NCBI GenBank assembly: GCA_034189385.1
Contig: JAXHVD010000033.1
Location: forward strand, 1 to 28,916
Source: Thermodesulfobacteriota bacterium
GTDB taxonomy: Bacteria > Desulfobacterota > Desulfobacteria > Desulfobacterales > C00003060
Direction: 5' to 3'
DNA length: 28,916 bases
Of this stretch, positions 1-8,992 are shown piece after piece (within the stretch, counting starts at the first letter, position 1; each line of letters opens with the position of its first letter). The notes under the pieces were generated by a model. That model was not told the origin of the DNA, did no database searches, and was given only the letters and a program-made list of their open reading frames with translations. The translations under genes and the position numbers were made by a program.

Positions 1-2
1 AC

Positions 3-593
3 ACCGTAGAGCCCAAGCTTGAAAATCCCTGCAGCACCCCTATGCTCAGGAAGTTGTTCCAGCGAGCCAAGCTCCCACCTTGGACTATTCTTGAGAAGGA
101 AACTGTAGACGAGATCATCTTCAGAACCTTGAAACCACGCAATCGGCTGATGCTAGAGCTCATGGCCCGTGGTGGGATGAGGATCAGCGAGGTGCTTAAC
201 CTCAGGCCCGAGGATGTGGATGGTCGGAAGCTGATTTTGAGAAACCCCAAAAGCGGCAGAGAAGCCGAAGTGGTCTTTATCCCCCAGAAGATCGCTGACA
301 GACTCAAAGACTACGTTGAGCAAAAGGGAATTATTGGCCAGCAGCGAATCTTCCCCCTGACCTACCAGGGAGCCAGGATGATTGTGAAAAGGGCAGGCAC
401 CTTGGTCGGCATCAAGCTCAGGCCCCATGACCTCAGAAGGCACGCAGCCACCCACGCATCACGTTCAGGGACTCCGATTGAAATCGTCAGCAAGGTGATC
501 CTGAGACATGCCAATCTGTCAACAACTCAGAGGTATCTGGGCAAGGTGAGTGATACTGAGGCCATGAAGTGGATTGAGAATCTTTACGGCTAA
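3..593 (+). CDS. Tyrosine recombinase/integrase, 5' part probably outside the window
   Basis: Catalytic motifs GMRISE (R), HDLRRH (H-x-x-R) and LRHANLSTTQRY (H...Y). The frame is open back to the window edge (TVEPKLENPCSTPMLRK). Confidence 0.93.
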   Translation, partial: TVEPKLENPCSTPMLRKLFQRAKLPPWTILEKETVDEIIFRTLKPRNRLMLELMARGGMRISEVLNLRPEDVDGRKLILRNPKSGREAEVVFIPQKIADRLKDYVEQKGIIGQQRIFPLTYQGARMIVKRAGTLVGIKLRPHDLRRHAATHASRSGTPIEIVSKVILRHANLSTTQRYLGKVSDTEAMKWIENLYG

Positions 594-600
594 ACAGATT

Positions 601-636
601 AAAAAAACAGGGTGAGGCATAGGACACCTCACCCTG
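601..636. terminator. Hairpin after the integrase gene
   Basis: Perfect 10-bp stem CAGGGTGAGG (608-617) / CCTCACCCTG (627-636), with an A-run on its left that would be a U-tract on the minus strand. Confidence 0.6.
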
Positions 637-667
637 CAAACCATCGTTTTGGGATGGAAACTGCACC

Positions 668-826
668 GATTAGTCTTGAATACCCGAAAAATACGGGTCT
701 TCCAAAAGGTTACCTTCCATAGCAAGATCGCTAATCGGCGTGATCAAACAAGTGGTGTAGATAGACAAGATCAACTTAACATTTCAGGAAGCCTTTGGCT
801 GGAAGGTGGCACCGCAAGATGTGAGG
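668..826 (+). repeat. Left copy of a ~160-bp block-conserved direct repeat (candidate att/recombination site or structured RNA)
   Basis: TCTTGAATACCCGAAAAATAC (674-694) is identical to 28003-28023. CAAAAGGTT, CATAGCA and a 51-nt block (38/51 identical) also match at a constant offset of 27329. Confidence 0.9.
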
Positions 827-845
827 TTAACGGAAATAGGCAGGG

Positions 846-1568
846 CTAAGATAATCCATTTTCTGAATATTGATCTCTTAGGCTATCCAGGTACAACTTT
901 GAACGCGCCTCCAAGCTTTTCCCCACAATCTTGAACAATGTGTTCAACCTCACTCCAAAGACCTTGTGACCATACCTATCACTGCAGTAGTAGGTCTCTA
1001 AATCGTCAACTCGGCCATGGTCTTCTATCATCATATCCTTATCGAATTGGGAAAACGCATCACTCTTACCGTCCCAATGAATTGTTGAGTGAACATGAGT
1101 GCCGTAACCGATAGTCAGGCCTTTTTCTGAGAGTTTAGCTCGCACGGCTTTAAACAACCTGCTGTCAAGTATGTAGCTATCAATGTTGTACCAAGATCCC
1201 TCGATTTTTACCTCCGTGTAGCAATGTGAGAGTTCTGCGGGAAGCAACCAATACCTATTGGGAGATACAGCGCCTTTCACGGTCTTTTTGGGTAATACGA
1301 CGAAATGACCATAGGCTTCTATGTCGGCTTCCCTAAAGAGTGTCCTCATCAGATCACTTTTTGGGTTACAGTGGCCTACCCCCAAGTCCAAGGTACTATC
1401 AGGTGTCGACAAATCGAAGTATCTGTTGAAACCAAATTTGATATTCTCCCGCACGTAGTCATGTAACGCGATGGCCCGTTCCCGTTCTGTAGCAAGCTCA
1501 GCAGTCACTCGCTCAGCTGTTTCTCGCACTCTGGACATGTGACACCCTTTTGGTTCTTCGAAAGCCAT
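846..1568 (-). CDS. Transglutaminase-like domain protein
   Basis: Cys-His-Asp pattern: GVGHCNPKS, HCYTEV and WYNID. Confidence 0.8.
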   Translation of the reverse strand: MAFEEPKGCHMSRVRETAERVTAELATERERAIALHDYVRENIKFGFNRYFDLSTPDSTLDLGVGHCNPKSDLMRTLFREADIEAYGHFVVLPKKTVKGAVSPNRYWLLPAELSHCYTEVKIEGSWYNIDSYILDSRLFKAVRAKLSEKGLTIGYGTHVHSTIHWDGKSDAFSQFDKDMMIEDHGRVDDLETYYCSDRYGHKVFGVRLNTLFKIVGKSLEARSKLYLDSLRDQYSENGLS

Positions 1569-1747
1569 AGGTCCGGTACTGGTGATCCTATGATGAAATC
1601 CAGCAGATTCTGTTTTTTGGAAAAGGACATAGATTTGAAAAGCGTACCATAGGATTTTGGACTTTCAAAACCGTTTGGTTTCATGCCTTAAGCCAGTCCA
1701 CAGCGGATGGGTGATTGTAATGGTCAAATGAAAACGGACACGAATTA

Positions 1748-2617
1748 TCAAGCAGCTTTCAGTTGTTTGGTTCGTTCAAACTCCATGGGGCTCAGATAGC
1801 CCAACGAGGAGTGGAGCCGATAGGCATTGTAGAACGTAATATACTCCAAGGACTCTCTTTTGGCGGCCTGCCTGGTGGCAGGTCTGCATGACAATAGATA
1901 TTCATGTTTTATGCTGTGGAAAAAGCGTTCGGTTGGAGCATTATCCCAGCAATCACCCTTTCGACTCATGCTCGGTATTATTTGAAACTGTTCCAGTTGT
2001 TTCTGGTAACGATCACAGGCGTACTGGATACCTCCGTCAGAGTGATGGATCAGCCCTGGCGGGGGCTTACGGCGCCAGTAAGCCATCATCAGGGCATCTA
2101 AAACGAGGTCGACCTTCATGTGCTTGTCTATGGCCCAGCCAACAACTTGGCGGGAGAAAAGATCCAGAATGACCGCCAGATATGACCAGCCCTCCAAAGT
2201 CCACAGGTAGGTTATGTCGGCTGTCCAGATCTTATTGGGAGCGTCTACCGTGAACTGACGGTTAACAATGTTGGCAGCTACACGATATGTATGATTGCTG
2301 TCAGTTGTTACCTTGTAGCGTCTCGGGGTTTTGGCCACCAGTTTAAGTTTGCGCATCAAGCTACGAACACGGTACCGTCCAATATCGTGTCCCTTGGATT
2401 TGAGGCTTTTGAGGACCCTACGAGATCCATAGGTTGCCTTGGATTCGTTGAAAATGGACCGAATGAGAGCCTCCAAGGCAATCTGTTCCGGGTCCTGAAT
2501 TGGGTTCCTGTAATGCCGACGATAATCATAAAAACCACTCCGGCTAACCTTCATCACCCTGCACAGCACGGTGACGGGATAGGCCTTCGTTTGCTGCCGG
2601 ATAAAGTCGAATCTCAC
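1748..2617 (-). CDS. IS3-family transposase OrfB (DDE)
   Basis: WTADITY, HHSDGGIQY and DNAPTERFF motifs. Overlaps the orfA stop (GTGA); a slippery A6G lies at ~2647-2653 on the minus strand. Confidence 0.95.
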   Translation of the reverse strand: MRFDFIRQQTKAYPVTVLCRVMKVSRSGFYDYRRHYRNPIQDPEQIALEALIRSIFNESKATYGSRRVLKSLKSKGHDIGRYRVRSLMRKLKLVAKTPRRYKVTTDSNHTYRVAANIVNRQFTVDAPNKIWTADITYLWTLEGWSYLAVILDLFSRQVVGWAIDKHMKVDLVLDALMMAYWRRKPPPGLIHHSDGGIQYACDRYQKQLEQFQIIPSMSRKGDCWDNAPTERFFHSIKHEYLLSCRPATRQAAKRESLEYITFYNAYRLHSSLGYLSPMEFERTKQLKAA

Positions 2618-2916
2618 TTCGACTCTTTCGCAAAGAAGGCCGCCGCCTTTTTTAAGATCTCACGCTCCATTTGTAGCCGCTGGTTTTCTTTCCTTAATCG
2701 TCGGTTCTCGGCTTCCAGCTCTTTGCGAGTCACCCCGCCTTCGGCAAGGTCCTCTTGGTCTCGACGATATTCACGCACCCAGCGGGAGATGTTGGATTGG
2801 TTGATACCGAGACGTCGGCCTGCTTCGTTGGCACTGTACCCCTGGTCGACTACCAGGCTGATAGCGTCTTGTTTGAATTCCTTTGTGTATTTTACCCGGT
2901 TTCGCTTTTCGTTCAT
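2614..2916 (-). CDS. IS3-family transposase OrfA (HTH)
   Basis: YTKEFKQDAI...ISRWV HTH and LRKENQRLQMEREILKKAAAFF tail. Start taken at MNEKRN. Confidence 0.92.
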   Translation of the reverse strand: MNEKRNRVKYTKEFKQDAISLVVDQGYSANEAGRRLGINQSNISRWVREYRRDQEDLAEGGVTRKELEAENRRLRKENQRLQMEREILKKAAAFFAKESK

Positions 2917-2988
2917 CGGACACCTCTTTTCTTCGTTGGCTGCTCTTACCACGGTGTCCGTTTCTTTTAAACCAGATCAGATTTTCAG

Positions 2989-3543
2989 TTAGTGGTGCGA
3001 AGGAGGCTTTTCCTCACTGCTGCATTGGTCAAGCATCTTGGCAACCTCGTCTATGAGCGAAGATGATGAAAGAATCTTCTGTGCTGCCGCATCAATCAAC
3101 GGTGAGGCGGCTGTGATTAACATCTCGCCACGCATTTCCTTTATGTTGTTCAGATATTCATTTGTGCGGTTTTTCATCTGCTCGGCGCTGTATTTTTGCG
3201 AATTGCAGTAATAGAACAGTCTGTCTTCTTCTACAAGTGACAACCTGCCGGTCATAGTTTCCATATATCGACATATTCCCTCCATGCTTCGGATGTTTTC
3301 AGAGGATAGCCTTATCAGGTGAGATTGAACGGATTCGTGAGCTGTCATGGAACTGGATAGCGTCCTTAAGTCCTCTCGCACCTGAGATAGTTCTCTCCTA
3401 ATCTCTCTAAACTCGGTGTTAAGGTGTTGGGCCTGTGGTTTGTCAACGCCGGTTATTGCTTTCCCTGGCTCAGTTCGTGAAGATGATGCGCTGGGCATCA
3501 GCGACAGAACTAACAATGACAACATAACTATTCTCTTTTTCAT
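2989..3543 (-). CDS. Hypothetical exported helical protein
   Basis: Signal peptide MKKRIVMLSLLVLSL after a G-rich RBS; coiled-coil-like central region. Confidence 0.65.
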   Translation of the reverse strand: MKKRIVMLSLLVLSLMPSASSSRTEPGKAITGVDKPQAQHLNTEFREIRRELSQVREDLRTLSSSMTAHESVQSHLIRLSSENIRSMEGICRYMETMTGRLSLVEEDRLFYYCNSQKYSAEQMKNRTNEYLNNIKEMRGEMLITAASPLIDAAAQKILSSSSLIDEVAKMLDQCSSEEKPPSHH

Positions 3544-4374
3544 GGCACCCCCCTCTGACTTCATGGTTAACATTCGGATATAACCATAGGCCCTTCCGCC
3601 CTGTCGAATGGCAAGGGCCCACCCCAGTCTTCAAAAACTGACAAGGGCGATTTTATTGGCCACATCTTGCCAAGATGACCCCTCAATAGGGCCACAGCCC
3701 ATGTTGAATTAACTATCAGGGGTTACAGTCAAACAAACCGTTTGATTTTATGCCATATTTCAAATGGAAATAGCCACGCGTCACTAGGAAGAAGTGGGCC
3801 TCCGGTGAGAGGCTATTGAGCACAAACCCAGAGGCCCTGACCCCCGTGACCGAGCTCAAAAGTCACCAAGCACGAGGATTCAGACAGGCGTCGGTCAGGT
3901 TCAGCTTATCCCATAGCATTGTCGAAGCGAATGTCAAGTTAGGAAGGGATCACGTTTCTGTAAAAAGGCAGGGAGGCTCAAGATTCCATGTGAATATCAA
4001 ACAAGATGATGCCGTTTAGGGGGTTGGCTTGAAGCAGTATCCTACCTTGAGCCAGTGCACAGCCCATAGCTGATTGGCAGTAAATACCCGTGGTTCAGCC
4101 TGACGGCAGTGCTGTGGAGCGAACATAATAGCCTTCTCATTTTCTTGGCTAGCTAACCCACAGCCCGCCCATGGTGGGTTAAGTCTACGCTCGCTCGTGG
4201 TATTCAATTTTCAACTCCCGCCCATTGAAATCTCGAACTTAACGTACTAAAAGATTTGATGTTAGTTGTTGCCTTTGGTTATACGCGTATGCTGGGAATC
4301 GCGCCGTTTTTGGACAGAGATTTGGGAATGTCTTGCGTCATTGCAAGCACCCAGTTTGTGGAGGGCATCCAATT

Positions 4375-5979
4375 ATGGATCCAATATGGATTGTTGCCGC
4401 GTTTCTTTTTGGAGCCGCATCTAGCAGGATCGGTCTGCCGCCCCTTGTGGGATACCTGATTGCCGGGTTTGTCCTTAACAGTCTCGGTGTCGAGAGCAGC
4501 GAAACACTGGAAAAGATCGCCGACACCGGGGTCACACTGCTCCTTTTTACCATCGGCCTGAAGCTGAAGTTAAAGAGCCTTGCCAGACCCGAAGTATGGG
4601 CAGGTGCAACAATTCATATGTTTATCACTGTAGCCGTCTTTGCGACTGGGATATGGGCTCTGGGTGTGTCAGAGGTGCCCTACTTTCGTCTTCTGGGCTA
4701 CGAAAAAGCGCTGTTGATCGCGTTTGCCCTAAGTTTTTCGAGCACGGTTTTTGCGGTAAAAGTGCTCGAGGAAAAGAAAGAAATGGCATCCCGCCACGCC
4801 GCTGTTGCGATCGGCATCCTGATCGTGCAGGATATTATTGCGGTCGCCTTTCTAGCCGCCTCTGCTGGAAAAGTCCCCTCGCCGTGGGCGATAGTGCTTG
4901 GATTATCGCTTTTCATCATCAGACCAGTAGTTGCCAGATTCATCGGCCGGTGCGGTCACGGCGAGCTATTGATGCTATTCGGGATACTCATGGCCGCAGC
5001 GGGGTTCGGCAGTTTTGAACTGGTGGGTTTGAAGGGAGATCTGGGAGCGTTGGTGTTTGGCATGCTTTTAGCTGGTCATCCCAAGGCGCCCGAACTGGCC
5101 GAGAGGCTCCTCAGCTTCAAAGATCTTTTTCTTGTGGGTTTTTTCTTGAATATCGGCATCTCTGGGTCACTGACGCTGCCGGGTTTCTTGGTTGCCCTTC
5201 TGCTGGCGCTGGCCATGCCTCTCAAAACGGCAATGTTTTTTGGACTCCTCACGCGTTTCAGGCTGCGAGCCCGGACTTCAATGCTTGCGTCGCTCAGCTT
5301 GTCTAATTACAGCGAGTTCGGTCTGATTGTGGGTTCTATCGGTGTGGCCAGCGGCTGGATTACCAGCGACTGGCTGGTGATCATCGCCATTGCGCTGTCA
5401 ATAACGTTTATTTGGGCAGCGCCTTTGAATGCTGGAGCCCACAGTATCTATGCAAATACTTCAACCCACGTGAAACGTTTTGAAACCTCAAAGCGTCTAC
5501 CCGAAGATGAACTGATAGAAAGCGGGGATGCTGAGATCGCCATTGTCGGCATGGGTGGTGTTGGGACAAGCGCCTATGACGAAATGAGGCGCCGATACGG
5601 CGATGTGGTTATCGGTGTAGATTTCTCCGCCGACAAGGTGGAGAACCATCAAAAACTTGGAAGAAATGTAATATATGGCGACGCAGAAGATAGTGATTTT
5701 TGGCAAAGGGTTGAACCGGCGAAAAGCAGAGTTGAACTGGTCATGCTGGCACTGCCGGAGGTGAGCGCCAATACATTTGCCATTCGGCAAATGCGCCGTA
5801 GGGGGTACCAGGGTCAGATTACAGCGTCCGTGCGCTACGAGGATGAAATATATGTCCTGAAACAGGAGGGAATCGACGCAGCCTACAGCCTATTCGAAGA
5901 AGCCGGTGTTGGGTTCGCAGACCATGTCTGTGACCATATGGATTATTGCAAACTCAAAGAAGCTCGTCCTACCAGCTGA
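4375..5979 (+). CDS. Kef-type (CPA2) cation:proton antiporter with C-terminal TrkA-N/KTN domain
   Basis: LPPLVGYL, FSSTVFAVKVL and SEFGLI motifs, many TM helices, C-terminal IVGMGGVG Rossmann motif. GGAGG RBS before ATG 4375. Confidence 0.9.
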   Translation: MDPIWIVAAFLFGAASSRIGLPPLVGYLIAGFVLNSLGVESSETLEKIADTGVTLLLFTIGLKLKLKSLARPEVWAGATIHMFITVAVFATGIWALGVSEVPYFRLLGYEKALLIAFALSFSSTVFAVKVLEEKKEMASRHAAVAIGILIVQDIIAVAFLAASAGKVPSPWAIVLGLSLFIIRPVVARFIGRCGHGELLMLFGILMAAAGFGSFELVGLKGDLGALVFGMLLAGHPKAPELAERLLSFKDLFLVGFFLNIGISGSLTLPGFLVALLLALAMPLKTAMFFGLLTRFRLRARTSMLASLSLSNYSEFGLIVGSIGVASGWITSDWLVIIAIALSITFIWAAPLNAGAHSIYANTSTHVKRFETSKRLPEDELIESGDAEIAIVGMGGVGTSAYDEMRRRYGDVVIGVDFSADKVENHQKLGRNVIYGDAEDSDFWQRVEPAKSRVELVMLALPEVSANTFAIRQMRRRGYQGQITASVRYEDEIYVLKQEGIDAAYSLFEEAGVGFADHVCDHMDYCKLKEARPTS

Positions 5980-6020
5980 AATAGAGATGGGTAACGACTG
6001 CTCTCCAGCCGGGAGGGACT

Positions 6021-6218
6021 GATTCTTGACAGCAGATGAAGATGACTCAGTATCAGTACCTAAGCATAACAACTCTACTTGGTCTCTACAATCATTTCCC
6101 CAAAACGATCCAAGAAATTGTTCCGGTCGGTGTTATTCCTGAAGATCTTACAGCGCCCAATCCCTTTCGCGTTAATATGATGCAATGCTCCAGCAGCATC
6201 TATCCTTTATTTCCTGGG
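6021..6218 (-). pseudogene. Decayed N-terminus of a REP-associated/IS200-like HUH (Y1) transposase
   Basis: Minus frame reads PRK*RIDAAGALHHINAKGIGRCKIFRNNTDRNNFLDRFGEMIVETK*SCYA*VLILSHLHLL: RAYT-like N-terminus and HUH motif with three in-frame stops. Confidence 0.8.
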
Positions 6219-6291
6219 CGGGAGTACCCCTTGACAGATATAGCTTCATCTAAAAAATGCAAAACTAGAGGGCTAGATGCCCAAATCCTAA

Positions 6292-6555
6292 TGTGTTGAG
6301 GCCCCTAAAGAGGCTCGGGGCGTTATAGGACCAAATTCTTTCTTACCGACCAGGAGCCCACTTCACCCGTCAGTCCTTCCCCAACGTATTGAAAGACCAC
6401 CAGGTGGGCTATCAAGCGGGATAGCCGTCGTCGAGTTCAAGACAACATTTTCATTGAGCGGCCCTGGCGGACGCTCGAGTACCAGTATCTTTACCTGTGG
6501 TCTTTTGACAATGGCACCGAGATCCGCCAAGGGCTAGGTGACCGGTTTCAATCCC
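6292..6555 (+). pseudogene. Fragment of a second, unrelated IS3-family transposase
   Basis: Frameshifted pieces CVEAPKEA, FLTDQ and RVQDNIFIERPWRTLEYQYLYLWSFDNGTEIRQGL resemble the TDQG...DNIFIERLWRSLKYE core. Confidence 0.75.
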
Positions 6556-6567
6556 AAAAACCGTCAC

Positions 6568-6810
6568 TCACATCGAGGCCCTGGCGAGGGGCCGACTCTC
6601 TCCTTTTTCATCCGTCAAGAAGGCTGCCTGAGGCTGGTCTACAGCCAAAGGAGCGCCCAGCTCCAGCTCATTCTGCTTCTCAGACTGTCCAATACTCTGG
6701 GACCACCGCCGTTTCTGGAAACGATCAATGATAGTTAACACTATGAAACCAAGGACAACCGATATACCGGCTACTACAAATTCCATCCATTTAGGCCACG
6801 GTATTTCCAT
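6568..6810 (-). CDS. Small single-TM hypothetical protein
   Basis: GGAGGTG RBS before MEIPWPKW; one hydrophobic helix followed by a basic patch. Confidence 0.6.
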   Translation of the reverse strand: MEIPWPKWMEFVVAGISVVLGFIVLTIIDRFQKRRWSQSIGQSEKQNELELGAPLAVDQPQAAFLTDEKGESRPLARASM

Positions 6811-6982
6811 TCTTTTCACCTCCTTCACAAATGACTATTTCAATTCGGAGCGAGACATTACGACTGCCAAGCCAAAGTAGCCGTGCTTATTGACTTACCA
6901 ATGAGCTTAGCTCAAAATATCACTTTGAACAATTATAAAATTTATGTATTATTATTTGAATATATCAAAATGGAGGTACATC

Positions 6983-7894
6983 ATGGAATGGCTAAATTAT
7001 CATCATTTGCTCTACTTCTGGACTGTAATGCACGAAGGAAGTGTGACAGCGGCCTGCTCAAAGCTTCGCCTTTCACCGTCCACGGTCAGCATCCAGGTCG
7101 GAAAGCTTGAGGACTCACTAGGCGGTAAACTCTTTTACCGCATCGGACGAAACCTAGAGCCCACCGAGCTTGGACGCTTAGTTTTCCGTTACGCAAATGA
7201 GATTTTTTCCCTTGGCCGCGAAATGATGGATACAGTGCGCGGGCGGCCAACAGTAGGGACCTTAACACTAAAAGCTGGAATTGTTGATGTGTTGCCGAAA
7301 CTGATTGCGCGTAAACTTCTAGAGCCAGCATTAAGCCTTTCAGTAAAAACTCATCTGGTTTGCCACGAAGACAAAGAAGACCGACTACTTGCCGAGCTAG
7401 CCATGCACAATCTTGATGTGGTTCTGACCGATTCTCCCGTACGAAAAGGCCTGAATATTAAAGTATACAACCATCTGCTTGGAGAATGTGGGGTGACATT
7501 CTTTGCGAGGAAGAAGCTAGCCACCCGGCTAAAAAGACATTTTCCGGAATCACTCAACGGCGCACCAATGCTTCTTCCTATGCACATGACAACCCTCAGG
7601 GAGGGTCTTGAAAGGTGGTTTGAATCTCTTAGCCTGAAGGTGATTACAGAAGCTGAGTTCGACGACAGCGCCCTAATGAAGGAATTTGGCCAAAATGGCC
7701 ATGGAGTTTTTGCAGCTCCCTCTGTTATTGAAAAAGAGGTACAACGCCAACATGATGTTCAAATTGTGGGACGAACGGATGCGGTACGTGAACGCTTCTT
7801 CGCCATTTCATGTGAACGGATTGTCAAGAATCCTGCCGTTACCGCAATCACAGAGTCGGCAAAGAAAATTTTGTATACCAAAAAGATCAGGTGA
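6983..7894 (+). CDS. nhaR: LysR-family transcriptional activator NhaR
   Basis: Characteristic N-terminus MEWLNYHHLLYFW, plus AEFDDSALMK and ERIVKNPAV. GGAGG RBS before ATG 6983. Confidence 0.88.
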   Translation: MEWLNYHHLLYFWTVMHEGSVTAACSKLRLSPSTVSIQVGKLEDSLGGKLFYRIGRNLEPTELGRLVFRYANEIFSLGREMMDTVRGRPTVGTLTLKAGIVDVLPKLIARKLLEPALSLSVKTHLVCHEDKEDRLLAELAMHNLDVVLTDSPVRKGLNIKVYNHLLGECGVTFFARKKLATRLKRHFPESLNGAPMLLPMHMTTLREGLERWFESLSLKVITEAEFDDSALMKEFGQNGHGVFAAPSVIEKEVQRQHDVQIVGRTDAVRERFFAISCERIVKNPAVTAITESAKKILYTKKIR

Positions 7895-8119
7895 CGCAAT
7901 CTCTCCATTCAAAATAGGCGGCAGGCGAAATGTTGGTAAGATTGAGTTTTTTTCAGATCTCCTGCCCCAGCCTCCCGCCGCAAAAGGGGGTCGGGGAAAT
8001 AGATCTGAATAGCATACCTGACAAATCTAGCCACCTCAAATAGTTGCCTAGCATAGCATTATCAAGACCGGGGCTGGGCCCCCGAGGAAGTTGATCTATA
8101 GCATATCCTGCATTCATGA

Positions 8120-8226
8120 GCTTAACATCCGTAAATAAGCTACGCGCCTAATGCATTTCGAACCTGCACAGCTCTTACGGTAAACCGCCATGTTTCTTCA
8201 CGTCAGCTTCATTTGCATTGTTAGAA
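8120..8226 (-). other. Integron attC site (107 bp)
   Basis: Minus strand: R'' TTCTAAC, 5-bp spacer, L'' AAATGAAG ... L' CTTATTT, 6-bp spacer, R' GTTAAGC (GTTRRRY). One extra base in L'' and a second in CTGACG/CGTAG. Confidence 0.88.
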
Positions 8227-8236
8227 GTTCTTCTTT

Positions 8237-8977
8237 TCATTTCTTTCTTTTGTCTTTTAAATAAATTGCCTTTGAGGGTCCATCGCCAACAGCTCTTTCT
8301 TCGACTTGGAATAGCTTTGTTGCTGATGCAAGTTCCCCCAACTTCTTGTAACCATAGTTTCGCGGATCAAACTCTGGTGCCTGCTTGGCAATGTTACTTC
8401 CCACCGCTGCAAGATGAGCCCAACCAGAATCGTCCGAAGATGCCTCAACAGCGTTTCTTAACAAATTAACGAGTTTCGTGTCTTTCTTAAGTCCGGTGGT
8501 TGTCTCGCGTCTTATCTTGTCACTATGGTCATCTTTGGAGCGCAGTACTTCAGTGAAAATGAACTTATCACACGCCGAAACGAATGCTTTAGGGGTTTTC
8601 TTCTCCCCGAATCCATATACAAGAAGACCGGCTTCCCTTATCCTTGATGCTAACTTGGTGAAATCACTATCGCTGGATACAATGCAAAAACCGTCAAATT
8701 TGTCTGTGTAAAGCAAGTCCATTGCGTCAATTATCAACGCACTGTCAGTTGCATTTTTCCCTGAAGTATATCCAAATTGCTGTATAGGCTGTATTGAATA
8801 CTGTAGAAGAACTTCCTTCCACCCTTTAAGGCCTGACAGCGTCCAGTCACCGTAAATCCTTTTTACATTGGCTGTCCCATACTTTGCGATCTCCGACAGG
8901 AGCCCGTCAACAATAGAAGGTTGGGCGTTGTCTGCATCTATCAATACGGCCAGTCTTTCAACTTTTTCGTCTGACAT
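8237..8977 (-). CDS. NYN (LabA/DUF88, PIN-like) domain protein with C-terminal OST-HTH/LOTUS domain; gene cassette
   Basis: LIDADN, GKNATD, IDAMD and SSDSDF motifs; C-terminal FDPRNYGYKKL. Confidence 0.92.
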   Translation of the reverse strand: MSDEKVERLAVLIDADNAQPSIVDGLLSEIAKYGTANVKRIYGDWTLSGLKGWKEVLLQYSIQPIQQFGYTSGKNATDSALIIDAMDLLYTDKFDGFCIVSSDSDFTKLASRIREAGLLVYGFGEKKTPKAFVSACDKFIFTEVLRSKDDHSDKIRRETTTGLKKDTKLVNLLRNAVEASSDDSGWAHLAAVGSNIAKQAPEFDPRNYGYKKLGELASATKLFQVEERAVGDGPSKAIYLKDKRKK

Positions 8978-8992
8978 ATTTCCCCTTTATGA

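Larger units (their letters stand above)
1716..2979 (-). mobile_element. Complete IS3-family insertion sequence (1264 bp)
   Basis: 26-bp imperfect terminal inverted repeats starting with TG (TGTAATGGTCAAATGAAAACGGACAC / TGATCTGGTTTAAAAGAAACGGACAC), a 3-bp target duplication GAT (1713-1715 and 2980-2982), and orfA/orfB. Confidence 0.95.

Noticed and set aside
3..593. Integrase as an integron IntI serving the attC at 8120
   Set aside because: It lacks the IntI-specific insertion before the H-x-x-R motif, and no attI or cassette array adjoins it within the window.
674..694. 21-bp core as a tRNA 3' end or dif site
   Set aside because: No T-arm/CCA pattern and no match to the XerC/XerD 11-6-11 consensus.
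670..783. Boundary repeat as a short conserved minus-strand peptide (NLL...YFSGIQ)
   Set aside because: Identity is in solid nucleotide blocks with no third-position pattern, the copies stop at different places, and no RBS is evident.
2291..2992. 233-aa plus-strand ORF and similar long antisense ORFs (e.g. 15544-16005, 16882-17403, 28236-28700)
   Set aside because: They are shadows of well-supported genes on the opposite strand and carry no motifs or RBS.
4151..4184. AGCTAAC...GTTAAGT hairpin resembling an attC
   Set aside because: Only ~34 bp, with no L boxes and no cassette gene; more likely an ordinary hairpin.
4016..4374. Riboswitch in the long leader of the antiporter
   Set aside because: No recognisable nhaA-I/II, c-di-AMP or other consensus by eye; an Rfam search would be needed.
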